Positions 1 to 12,400 of a stretch of 64,000 nt of DNA are shown in pieces. The stretch comes from Azolla caroliniana (taxonomy: Eukaryota; Plantae; Polypodiophyta): positions 1,984,001-2,048,000 of the forward strand of contig JBHGNT010000012.1 in NCBI GenBank assembly GCA_043228905.1, written 5' to 3'. The notes beneath the pieces were generated by a model. The model made no database searches and was not told the DNA's origin. It saw only the letters and a list, made by a program, of their open reading frames with translations. Position 1 is the stretch's first letter, and each line of letters starts with the position of its first letter. The translations under genes were made by a program, and so were the position numbers.

Positions 1-1108
1 AGGCGGACGAGGTCCGACCTATGACAACAATTCCCAATTTCGGCCGCAAAACGGAAGCCAACGAGGAACCTTCGCAAGAAAGGGGAGCTTCCACTCCAGC
101 CCGAGCCATCAAAACGCAACCGAATGCGGATATTGCGGAAAGCTCGGGCACCACGAAGAAGAGTGCCGAAAGAAGATGCGCGAATCGGCTTCCACAAGCT
201 GAAAACTCACGAATTACACGCACAATTCCAACTACGAAGAGTATAGCGGAATGAATGGGCACAACTCCAACTACGAAGATCGTGGCGGAATGTATGCACA
301 CAACTCCGACCGTGGTGGAATGTTCATGATGAAACATAGAGCAAACTCTATGTCGGCCTCTACCTTAACTAGTGCCCTCAATCCGGAGGACGTATGGTTT
401 GTTGACTCCGGTGCCTCAAACCATATGACATCTCATAAAGAATGGTTTCTCAAACTTCGAGAGCCAGAGCGACCCGACTATGTCGAAACTGGAGATGATA
501 CTACGCACCCGATTTGGCACATCGGCAATGTTCCGTTCGGCGAAAGAGGTAAGCAAACATACATTAAAAATGTCTTGCATGTTCCCACCATCACGAAGAA
601 TTTGGTCTCGGTCGGCCAAATGGTTGAGCAAGGGATGCAAGTACGATTCGACCAAGAAGGGTGCTTCATCGAAAAAGAGGGCCGAATCATCGCACACGGA
701 AGAAGAGAGGGCCGGATGTTCATTCTCGATTCACACGAGATGAAATCCGCCATGTTCGCAAAAAGCACAAAAGCCGACTCCGACATAGAGCTATGGCACA
801 AGCGAATCAATCACATCAATCTCAACAAACTCAAAGCAATGAAATTGAAAGGAGTCGTCATCGGACTCCCAACATTCAAAGAGAAGGAGATTGAAGGTGT
901 ATGCGAAGTGTGCTAATTCGGCAAGCAACACCGACACCCATTCCCGAAAGAGCGGAATGTGAGCAAAGGTCTACTCGACGTAGTCCATTCCGACGTATGG
1001 GGACCGGTGCAGATGACTACATTCGGCGGAAGCCGATATTACGTGCTCTTCATCGACGACTTCTCCAGGCACACGTGGCTCTATCCGATGCGGCAAAAGA
1101 GCGAAGTA
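1..1108 (+). mobile_element. Ty1/Copia element A, 5' internal part (gag end, protease, GAG-pre-integrase, integrase N-terminus); degenerate
   Basis: ORF 251-916 has WFVDSGASNHMT (Copia protease) and LWHKRINHIN...CEVC (integrase Zn finger). ORF 959-1165 has VHSDVWGP...YYVLFIDDFSRHTW. Homology stops after RQKSEV (~1108). Confidence 0.93.
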
Positions 1109-1491
1109 ACACGTTCGCGTTCACAAGTGGAAGGATTGCGCATTCCACTTGTAGAATCTTCTTGAAACTATCCAAATACACCCTCTCTACAAAAATTGGA
1201 TGCACTAGTATCACATGTTCCTCAACTTGATTAGAATTTGCAAATATAAAAATACATGATAGGTCTATGAGTGGAGATCATTAGAAATCATGCAAATTTG
1301 GACGTGTTGATAAGTTAATGTAGGCATAATAAAGTTCAACAATGGCTCAATATGTCACTAATGTGCGACAAGGGAAACACTAAGTTAAAGACTTATATTG
1401 ATTTGGTAAGTTTTACAAAAATATGAGGTGTACTTGTATCCATACTAATAAAATGAGTTATAATTTATACTTTGACCCATACGTGCATGTA

Positions 1492-4448
1492 CAGTAGACA
1501 TTCGGTTAAGTGCGTGTCCACTTAAGTAAACCATTATATTAAGTGCGCTTTTTTTAGAGGTCAAAATCCAGATAAAAAAAATTCCATTATTTCAAGATGA
1601 AATTACATCAGACCAAATAGAAAATTGTTCCAAACATTTAGAAAACAACAAAATGATCAACAAAAATATGATTTTCAGTCTTTCTCTACTTCATACCAAT
1701 ATCACGTAAGGTCATTTGCCTACTTTTAACGATACGCTTAGAAACAATGGCAGAATTTGTTTCTTGAATGATTCGACGAGCACTTGATAAAGCTGATTGT
1801 ACTTGCTTTGCTTTTTCGGAACTCAAGTAAGTTGTTGTTGTGATTGAATTTAGCTTGAGTTCACAATCAACAATATCTTTCAAGAGTTAAGAAATAATCA
1901 CATCTTCTTCCTTTAAGCATCCATGCATGTCTTGAATCTCAACAAACTCAGAATCTGAATTGTTTTCATCATATGCAAGTGGTTCATTGGCATTAGAAGC
2001 TTGTGTTATAACTTCATCAATCTCTTCAAGGAGATTTTGATTAAGTTTTTCTGATTCAATTGAATCTGCATTTACACATTCCATGATCTCATCTCGAATT
2101 TCTTCTACATGTGCATTTTCAAGCAAATTGCAATTACATAGCAAAGCAACAAGATTATCAATGCATTGATCTTCCATTTCACCGTCTTCTAAATCAACAT
2201 CATTAGCACGAAATGATGGAACAATATCTGCCTTTCTATAGCAATTAAAAATTGTCTCTTGCTTGATCTCATTCCAAGCAGTAACAATGAGATTCGCGGC
2301 ATCTAGCAAATCTGGCGACTTTCCAAAAGCTAAACCAATAGAGCCTCTTCTCATACGTTTAGCGACATCTTCCAAACGAATCTTAACACAATCTGGACTA
2401 TCATGATATGCCAAGATTTCTCTTATCAAATGATATTTATACCTCTTTTTCAAAGCTGCAATGATTCCCATATCCATCGGTTGCTTCCAAGATGTGACAT
2501 TTGCCGGGAAAAAAATCACTTTGATAGCATCACGTTCAAATGCTTCGGCATGACCAGGTGCATTATCAAGGATTAAAAGCACTTTTCGATTAGTTCGAGA
2601 ACGAACAAATGGCACAAACACTTGATCAAACCACTTATTAAAGCAAGGGATATCAATCCAAGCATTTCTTTGCGCTACATAAGGCAATGGCCATGAATTT
2701 CCAACAATACAAGCTGGTTCCTTAGCTTTTCCAATCATAGTAATTGGAACTTTTTCAGTTCCAGTTGCATTACAACAAACAACTAAGGTAACTCTATCTA
2801 ACAATTTTTTCTTACCTCGAATTGTTGTCGGATCTTCACTAGGCAAAAGCACTGTGTATCGTGGAGCTAATCGAAAAAACAAACCAGTTTCATTCATATT
2901 GTAAACATTGTTAGGATCATACTCATTGACTATACCATAAAGCCTTTCCAAAGAAGCCAACAATTCAGGGTCATTTCTATCAACTGCCCCTCCTTCACCA
3001 TATAAATTAATAGTATTCAAACATTGACGATGACGAAATTTCCTAAACCATCATCATCTGAAATATTCATTTCTGATGCCAATCGTCGAGCCTTCTCCAT
3101 AATAACGGATGGAGGCAATACAATTGACAATCGACGAGAGGCATCAATCCAAGCATACAAGCGTTCCTCTAATTCAGGATATTTTCCTTTTGATCCTCTA
3201 AAAGTTTTTTTTCTTGCATTGTGATCTTTTTGTTGAGCACGCAATCGTATCTCATCTTTCTTCTTGATCAAACTTCTAATAGCAGATTCACTTACACCAA
3301 ATTGTCTACCTATGTTACGAAGAGAAGGAGATGATGGTTGTTCCACTAAATCTAAAATTTGTAGCCTTTGTTCATCATTCAAACGAAGTCCAACACCTCG
3401 CTTATGGGTTAAATTCATCTCTGAAATATGCAATGTTAGTTAGCTAAATTCACCTAAATATTTCGTCCCCTACCAATCAAGTTTAGATGTACAAAACCTT
3501 TTAAAGGTTTAAACTCTTTGACATTTAATGCATACAACCTTATTGAAGTCACAAATAACTTAAAATTCATAGACAAATGAATTGGGTCTTCTCCAATTAA
3601 GTTGGAGTATTATACATCAAGGAGGCACACATGTTAGGATGTGGATACAATCTTGACCTAATGGTTTGCTTTGGAGAAAAACTAATGTTATGAAATGCAT
3701 CATGAATTGAACTTAGATGTTCCAATGCTACCATTAAATAGATTGTGCATGGGTCTATTAGGAGAAAGCTAATAAGCCATTGATTGATTAATCGATTAAT
3801 CGATTAATAGCTTATTATGTGGACTAACATGATGGGAAAGCTATTAATTGATTAATTGATTAATAGCTTATGGACATTTTCCAAACAAATGTCTACTTAT
3901 GGATATTTTTCTTACTCTATTTCAGCCATCAATCAAATTTTGTGGATTCAAAACCCTACTTATAGATATTTTCTTACCCTATTTCAGCCAAATATGTGGA
4001 TTATTTCTCCTAAACCACATGCCATTTCAGCCACAATAAAGTATGTGGATATCAAACTAAAGAAATTGTGCATAATTTCTAAATAATTAACACATTACCA
4101 TCTAAATTGTTCACAAATTTAGAAGCTCTCTTTTCTTCCTTCTCTCATATTCATTCAAAAGAAAAAAAGAAAGAGACACAAAAAACATACAGGAAAGAAA
4201 ATACATACCGGAATATGAATTTAGGAGCAAGACCGTGGATTGGAGTAGCACTAGGAGCACCAATGGGCTGATTATGGAAGAAGAGAGGGTCTCTGTGATG
4301 GTTGCTTGGGCTGCACTTTCTACTAAAGAGAACAGAGGGAAAAAATTGGGGGAAATTTTTTTTGACTTAAAAGCCCTAAGTGCGCGGCTCGGTTAAGTGC
4401 GCATTTCTTCCTTACGTTCAAAGTGCGCACTTAACCGAATGTCTACTG
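1492..4448 (-). mobile_element. pogo/Tigger-like (Tc1/mariner superfamily) DNA transposon with both ends
   Basis: Perfect 23-bp TIRs CAGTAGACATTCGGTTAAGTGCG (1492-1514; reverse complement 4426-4448), TA on both flanks (1490-91, 4449-50), extra subterminal TTAAGTGCG copies, internal transposase. Confidence 0.95.
1686..3418 (-). pseudogene. pogo/CENP-B-like DDE_1 transposase (DD30D), disrupted
   Basis: N-terminal HTH (SLRNIGRQFGVSESAI) and CENP-B-type HTH (YPELEERLYAW). Catalytic region reads NETGLF / LILDNAPGH / QPMDMGII, with 30 residues between the 2nd and 3rd Asp. Frameshifting deletion near 3050, first Asp reads Asn, stop at 1887. Confidence 0.9.
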
Positions 4449-4720
4449 TATATAATTGTGGACAATGTAGGATAGTGCACTTTAGGATAATGTGATTGGA
4501 ATAACTAACTTATTAAAGTATTCAATACTTGTATTTAAAGTTGATCTAATCTATTCCTCAGTTTGTTCGTATGAGATCAAACCATATGTATATAATTGTG
4601 GACAATGTAAGGTAGTGAACTTTAGGATAATGTCGTGGAAATAACAAACCTATTAAGGCTTTCATACCTGTATTTAAAATTGATCTACTCTATTGCTTAG
4701 GTGATTCACACAGGATCAAA
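4449..4720. repeat. Diverged ~140-bp tandem duplication beside the pogo insertion site
   Basis: TATATAATTGTGGACAATGTA...TTTAGGATAATGT...TTGATCTA occurs at 4449 and again at 4589. Confidence 0.75.
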
Positions 4721-5149
4721 CTCCGAACAATAACGCAAGTGGAACTACAAGCGTATAAAAACATGTGGATAACGCTAGTGGAACCATTATCAACACACTA
4801 CACAATCTAGGCAACAATGGAATAGAAACATAATAGTTTTAACAATAGAAGACAAAGATCCATAATAACAACATGGACAGTCATGGCAACAATTGTACGA
4901 CCATGTTATGTTAAGGTTAGCTTGGACCAAAATCAGCCTCAATTTAAACTAATTCATGTTTCTCCATAAATTTGGTAGTCAGCTATGCACGCGATGAAAC
5001 CAATGTCATAAGTCTACTAACCAAGTATATAAAAATAAAATTGAAACATATAGAAGATTATAAAGAATAAAATCCACCAAGTAAAACCCAAAATTTGTAT
5101 TAATAATGTGAAATCCAAACAAATCGTCAGTGTCATTTTCTTCATAGAG

Positions 5150-8100
5150 TCTATTACATAACAATCAATTCATCAATGTCATTTTCTTCATCATCTTGTG
5201 TAGAACTCTCTTCGGCTATACGTGCATTGGCTTCCCCTGTTAGCCGAGCCAACGAAATATCTTCTATAAGCTCATCATCAAGCTCTATTAGCTCCTCGGT
5301 TCGCCGGCTAATGGAGGAATAGGTTCTCGCGAAGCAGGTTAAAACCTTTATGTATTAGCGAGGTTCTTTGCACTGACCTCCTCATCCCGGTCTGGGGACT
5401 CCCACAAAGCCTTAATCCTCATATTTATAAATATAACATGCTCCTCGTCCTTCTCCAATGCAATTGTATTTCTAAAGAGCTTCAATGCACATGCAAACGT
5501 CGTTCCTATGAAGAAAGTAACAAGAAGAATCAGTTGTCAAACAAAAAAGATTCGGTATTGGTTATCTCAAGATCGTTACCCTAGTTCGAGGAATACCTGT
5601 GCCAGAAAAGAGATCTAATATCTAGTCTCCTTCGATAGAAAACATCTCGATCAAGCGCATCATAAGTCGCTGAGGTTTTTGATATGGGTTGACAAGTTCT
5701 CGTTCTGTCGTGGTGACATGTCGCAATTTCCGTGTCACTGCTGGATATACCAACAGATTTGAACCTCCCACTTCATTAGAATGCTCCTTGATTCTTTGTT
5801 TCTTAATTTCATCGAAGTAGCCAACCGTGATGTATTCAATGGCATTAACGAACCGAAAAGTTGGCCCTCTATTTACATTGGTTTTTATCCTATAAAAAAT
5901 AATACATCGAGTTAAGAATAGATTGAACAACCTTAAGAAATGCAATATAGTGAATGACACCTATAAATAATCCTTACCATGCAAGGTTCTCGATGCCATG
6001 GCAACGAGATCTCAAAGCTTGAGCTACCGAGTACCCTTGGTCCATACTATGAAAGACAACTATTCGCCACAAGGATGCAATCGTTAGCTCAATGAAATCC
6101 TTGACCATCTTCTCCAACTATTTAAACCTAAATGGTTCATCATCGTATAATGACCCAACCATTCGAAATCCGTAAGAAATATCCGCAATCATTAGCGTAT
6201 ATTCCTTCTTTGGCACTTTTTGGATCAAGTCGACGATATCGCCGCAAACCACATTGTAGTAAAGATCTCTCGTAATATCTTTTTTGTGGCTAAATTTTTT
6301 AAAGGAGCCATCTTCCTCCATTTCGTACGCCTTGACTAAGCGACGATCCTTTTCTTTTCTAGCTCGCTCGAGATGTGCAAGGAAGGATGTAGGGAAATCG
6401 TGTATATCCTTAACTTCTCCTTGTTTCTTGCCACGACACGGTTTCTAATAGAAGCAATAGGACATCAAGTATTATTATACAACATCTACATATGATGAAA
6501 GCGTAATGAAAAACCACCAATACTAACCCAATCCTTGAATGCAATAAAATACTCCGATAACGCCTTAAATGAAGATGTTAGAGGATAATCCTCGGTCACT
6601 TGTTCCCAAGTTATACATCCAAGTTGTTTCATCATAACTTCTTGGATCTTCATGTACACCTTATGACTATAAAATTAGAAATCAAGATTAGAACTTTGAA
6701 TTACAACATATAGACTTCAATATCGGTATTTGAAAGACTTACTTATTGAACTCAATGACCATTTTCAATGACCATTTCTTCAAGGCTTAAATCTTTCACC
6801 ACAACCCTTGACAAAACAGACACAAGAAGCTGCTCGTCCTTAATACCTTGCATCGCTCTCCACAGAGACAACTTCATGTCGTCAACCGCTTCTTCAATTG
6901 TCAAGTCAATTTTCTTGGCCGCTTGTGACTTTAACTCTAGTTGAGGGTCAACCTTACATTTCTTTTGTCGTTAACCCTTTACCTCCTTATTCTCCCACAT
7001 TGAGAAGATTTGATCCTGTAGGTCCCATACTTCTCCATCTCTAAAGGCTAGTTGAAACCAAGACTCATATTTTCGAAGACCATCGGACTTAACATTATCA
7101 TCTACCACAGTACCGACTTCATGCAGACATTGACGTCGTAGACCTGGATGTAGCTTCACACCAAACTTTTGTTTCACGTCCAAATACTCGTGGTGGAAGA
7201 ACCTTATACGCTCAATCGACGACATTTTCTGCCTATAGTCATTATCATTATTATGGTCCCATGCCAACAACTTTGCCTCTTCAGTTGTGAGCCCCACGTA
7301 AATTTTGCACTCGGCATACTTGAAGAAGAAAGTCGTTGGATGTTCTCTCACAAGTTGTCGACGTGCCTCCGCTGAATACGATCCACCAATGACAAAGTAA
7401 TTATATTGATCATGCTTTCTAATATCAAAATCTTCAATGGTTTCACATTCTTCAGGATCTACCATAACAATAAAAGGCACCATAGTGGCATGAGGATTAA
7501 TTTTCATTTTTTTCTTGAGATTTTGAACATGCATGCGGTGTGGCTCTCTAATCTCAAGTGGTCTTCGTCCTGTTTTTTCATCAATAGGGGGCCGATGGAT
7601 GTGTGTTATAGGCAAATTAAACACTTGCCCTTTCCTAACCAGTTTACGCTGCATTAACTCTCTCCTTATCTTATTTTGCTCGGATGAAAACACATCCGAT
7701 GCCAGCTCAACTCCTGGCATCCCCTTAATGTCCTCCTCTTCGTTTTCACTTGATGAATCGGAGTCTGACATTTTGGTTGTCTTCTTCTTTGGTGGTCTTG
7801 ATTGTACTTTAGATACCCTTTTTGTGGCCTTCACTGGGGAGGGCACTTCCTCCCTTAGAGTTACATGGCCTTGTATATAAGGACTCAAGGTAACAATAAG
7901 GTTTTGTGAGCTTTCAAGATCTTTTTTTAATGCTTCTGGTCCACAAGATTCCTTTACTAGAAGATCTTCTGAAAGGAACACTTTATGTACCCCCTTGGAG
8001 CACTCTATCATTACAAGTATGTTGGCCGAATCTGCATCTTCGTAGTCAAATCGTAGAATTTAGCCATACATAAATGGGGTTTCCTTTCCAAGGTGCCCCT

Positions 8101-8393
8101 CCCCCTTCTTCTTTGTTGTATACAATACGACTTTTTTCTTTGAGTCGACGTATTGCATACACCATTCCTTGTCCGTTAGATCACGGTCAGGAAGGTCTTC
8201 ACCTCCAGTAGCTGCTACAAGTTTCTTTTGGCTAACCTCAATGTGTGGTTGAGATTTTGATTCCTCGTTGAAGAGAAGCTTTTTTCCTCTCTTCATGGAC
8301 TCGGGAGCTACTAGGGTCTGTGTTTCAATTGGAGAACCCTGTATGCAGAGCTTTATCTTCTTCACAGGTCGGTCTGACAAGTTCTCAAACGAC
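5150..8393 (-). pseudogene. Spliced ParB/Srx-like domain plus beta-class N6-adenine/N4-cytosine DNA methyltransferase fusion gene, pseudogenised; 5' exon(s) not seen
   Basis: Exons 8393-6743, 6666-6528, 6444-5978, 5889-5597 and 5505-~5150 are joined by four phase-consistent GT-AG introns (76, 83, 88, 91 bp). Translation gives EIREPHRMHVQNLKKKM...PFIVMV...YFVIGGSYSAEARRQL (ParB-like), then GDIVDLI...LMIADISYG (motif IV), AWIKTN, NPYQKPQRLMMRLIEMFSIEGD*ILDLFSGTGTTFACALKLFRNTIALEKD (motifs X-I-II). In-frame stops at 8060, 6971, 6118 and 5622, plus a 13-bp duplication near 6760. Confidence 0.85.
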
Positions 8394-9132
8394 CTATTTA
8401 AGAAAGGACATGTGAAAACATAAGTTAGGTGGTCACGTAGATTAAGGTTGTATATTAAAATACAAATAAGTAGATGAAGAAATAAACTAGCAGGCGATTT
8501 GTGGTGAACTATAAATATCAATCATGCATTCAGTGTACATGGTAGTCCTATATTCAGAAATCTATTCTAGTAAGGGAGGGCTATTCAACTTAGAAAATAT
8601 ATATCGTAATAAGTATACAAGGTTATATATTGTCTTGAAAGGTGACAGTCCTACACGCTCCCAACACACTACGCTTGGCCACAACCGAGTCTAGGATCAA
8701 ACACAGAAAACGAGTGATGTACACACGACACAGTGAAGAGAAGAGTACACAAGATGTTAACGTGGAAAACCCAAACTAGGGAAAAACCACGGCAGCCCAC
8801 AGACTGCAAACTATCACTATATCACAATGTACAATAGTAAAATCACCGAGGCAACAACCTCGAGCTTGCTATCTTCGCCACAGGTAGCGGTTACAACAGA
8901 GGCAACGACCTCTTCGTCTCTCTCTCTCTCTCTCTCTCTCTGTACACAGTTACGCAGTCAAATCTTGCACCAACAAGAATGACAACTTCAGCCACACACT
9001 AAGTTTGCCCTAAGTCATATTTATACTAATATGACTTTTCGGCTATTTACAAATATAGCCCCAATGGATTCTTAGAAACATATTTACGAATATGTCCCTT
9101 CATCCGGTGAGCACTCCTCATCGGGCCTGCAT

Positions 9133-9400
9133 CATCCGGCTCTTGCCGGGCACTCGTCATCCGGTTCTCACCGGGCCTTCACCATCCGGATCTTGCCGGG
9201 CACTCGTCATCCGGTTCTCACCGGGCCTTCACCATCCGGCTCTTGCCGGGCACTCATCATCCGGTTCTCACTGGGTCTTCACCATCCGGCTCTTGCCGGG
9301 CACTCGTCATCCGGTTCTCACCGGGTCTTCCGTTTTCGGGTACTCCACATCCGGTTCTCACCGGGTCTTCCTTGCCGGGTACTCGTCATCCGGTTCTCAC
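9133..9400. repeat. 50-bp tandem repeat (4 copies plus partials) in the U3 of the Copia B LTR
   Basis: CATCCGGCTCTTGCCGGGCACTCGTCATCCGGTTCTCACCGGGCCTTCAC starts at 9133, 9183, 9233 and 9283; made of two related CATCCGG half-units. Confidence 0.9.
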
Positions 9401-9453
9401 CTGGTCTTCTCACTTCCCATCCGGAGGGACCTATTTCCTAACAAATTCCCCCT

Positions 9454-12400
9454 TCACTCCGGCATGGGATGTCTTACTAGTCCGATCCGCTTCCGACATG
9501 CATCTAGCTTGTCGGGTATCAGTACTTTGGTCAGCATATCTGACCCGTTCTCGGCCGTGTGGATCTTCCTCAGCGCGAACTCTCGATCTTCTACTCGCTC
9601 CCAGATCCAGTGATACCTACGCTGGATGTGCTTCGTCCTGGAGTAGTACGCTGCGTTCTTAGCAAGGTGGATGGCACTTTGACTGTCGCAATAGAGCCGG
9701 TATTCGTCTTGCCGGATACCGAGTTCTCCGATGAAGTCCTTCATCCATAGTATTTCCTTGCCGGCTTCTACAGCCGCCATGTACTCCGCCTCTGTGGTTG
9801 ACAACGCAACCGTCTTATGCAGCCTCGATTGCCACGAAACAACTCCCCCTGCATATGTCATTACATACCCGGATGTAGACCGGCTGGTATCCACATCAGC
9901 CGACATGTCCGAATCGGTAAAACCGTCAAGTTGAGGTTTATCGGAGCCGAATCGGAGACACATATTCGAAGTGCCCTTCAAGTACCGGAGTATCCATTTG
10001 ACCGCGTTCTAGTGCTCCTTGTCGGGATTGCTCATAAACCGGCTCACCACTCCGACTATGTATCCAACATCCGGTCGAATACACACCATTGCATACATTA
10101 TGCTCTCGACGGCAGAGGCATATGGCACCTTTATCATCTCTACCTTCTCTGCTTTCGTCTTCGGGCTTTGCTTATCGGATAGTTTGTAGTTTGTCGGGAG
10201 TGTCGATCCGACCGGTTTTGTGTCTGACATGTTGAACCACTGAAGCACCTTTGTCACGTACTTTTCCTATGACAACCACAATTGCTTCTTTGACCGGTCC
10301 CGGATGATGTGCATCCCCAACATCTGTCTTGCCAGACCCAAGTCTTTCATTGAGAAGGTTTGATTGAGAGCCTTCTTCAGCATCTGTATTCTAGCTTGGT
10401 CCCGTCCGACGATCAACATGTCATCCACATACAGAAGAAGTATCAGGAAGTCGCCTCCTTCGAACTTCTTCACAAACACGCAGTGATCGGCCTGTGTCTT
10501 GTGGTACCCTTGATCTGTCATGAAGGAGTCGAACTTCCGGTACCATTACCGGGGAGCCTGCTTCAGTCTGTACAAGCTCTTCTTCAACCGGCAAACCAAG
10601 TGCTCCTTCCCTTTCTCCACGAGTCCTTCCGGTTGCTGCATGTAGATCTCCTCTTCGAGGTCACCGTGAAGGAATACCGTCTTCACGTCCAGCTGCTCTA
10701 CCTCGAGGTCCATGCTTGCCGCTATACTCAACACTGTCTAGATGGAGGTCATATTTACTATCGGGGCAAATATCTCGTCGAAGTCCACGCCCTTCTTCTA
10801 CTGGAACCCCTTCACCACGATCCTGGCTTTATATCTCGGGGGGTTGCCGACATCTCTCCCAGTTTCAACTTGTACACCCACTTGTTTCGGAGTGCCCTCT
10901 TTCCTTTCGGCAACTCCACCAATTCATACATATGGTTCTCATGCAGGGAAACCATCTCATCCTGCATGGCACTTAACCATATGCGGTTGTGGCTGTGGGT
11001 GTCACTTTTAGCTTCCTCGAAGCTTTCTGGCTACCCCTCATCGGTCAGCAGCACATGCTCTGCATTCGGAAATCTTCGGGGGGCCCTTCTCTCTCTGAGA
11101 GGATATCTCCGTCTTTGACCTTCGGCAACCGGCTCCAGTATTTGATCTTCATCCGAATTCGATTCGGGGTCTTGGCCGGTTCCGATTTCAGCTTCCTCTA
11201 CTTCTTCTTCTGCCGGTTCGGTATCCTCACCGTAACCAGCTGGTTCCTTGAGTGCTTACCGGTCTCTTGCCGGTTGGGTCTGCTCATCATAGAATCGATC
11301 CTTACCGGTCAACTCGGAGTTCATTATCTTCTTCTCCGACTCCCAGTCGGCGAGCGTCTTGCCCTCCATGAAGATAATATCTTGACTCCGGAATACCTTC
11401 TTGTCGGTCGGATCCCACACTCGATAGCCGAACTCATCGTCGCTGTAACCAAGGAATATGCATGGCCGGGTCTTTGGATCCAACTTTCCTCTCCGGTCCT
11501 TAGCTACATGCACGTACGCGAGACACCCGAACACCTTCAGATGCCGGTAGGACACTTCCTTACTGGTCCACACCTTCTGCGGCGTGTCTCCATCCAAGGG
11601 CACGGAGGGTGATCTGTTTATCACATACGTCGTTGTTGACAGTGCCTTAGCCCAAAACGTCTTGGGTAATTTTGCATGCGCCATCATACTCCGGACCCTC
11701 TCCATTATGGTCCAATTCATCCTCTCGGCCAGCCCGTTTAGTTCCGGGGTCTTCGGCACGGTAAATTCGAGCCGGATTCCCTTCGAGCGGCAGTACTCCT
11801 TGAACTGCCCCCGGTATTCTCCTCAGTTATCTGCTCGAACCGCCTTCAGCTTCCGGGCGGTTTCTCTTTCCACTCTCGCGTGGAGCTCTTTGAAGACGAA
11901 TAACACCTGATCCTTCGTCTTCAACGGTGTGGCCCACAACTTCCAACTGTGGTCATCTATGAACGTCACGAAGTACTGCGATCTGGCATGTGACTTCGTG
12001 TCCACTTGACACACATCAGTATGCACCAATTCCAGTTGTGCATTACGTCTCATCGGTGGCCTTGGTCGGAAGGAGGTTCGGTTTTGCTTACCGGCCAGAC
12101 AATTAGTGCACTTCTCCAAGTGCACGTTCTTCACTGGAATGAGGTTGTCGTCTACAAGCCTCTTCATCCCCTTCTCGCTCATGTGACACAACCTCTTGTG
12201 CCACAACTCACTAGCAGTGTCGGATGCCACGTTCACTTCCTCCGGACATAACCGGGCATTCATCAGGTACAACGTGTTGACCTTCCAGGCCCGAGCCACA
12301 ATCGAGCTCCCTTTGCTGAACTTCATAACACCGTTCCGGATGCTACCCGTGTAGCCTTCATCATCTAGCCGACCGACTAATATCAGGTTCAGTTGAACCT

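Noticed and set aside
1123-1152. 10-bp-stem hairpin ACAAGTGGAA/TTCCACTTGT as a Helitron 3' end
   Set aside because: No correctly placed CTRR terminus and no A|T insertion site.
5150-8393. Bacterial contamination as the source of the MTase
   Set aside because: It has spliceosomal introns, methylation-type C>T decay and neighbouring plant TE insertions.
9092-9662. Repetitive ORFs in three frames (also 22912-23290)
   Set aside because: Translations of LTR U3 tandem repeats, not genes.
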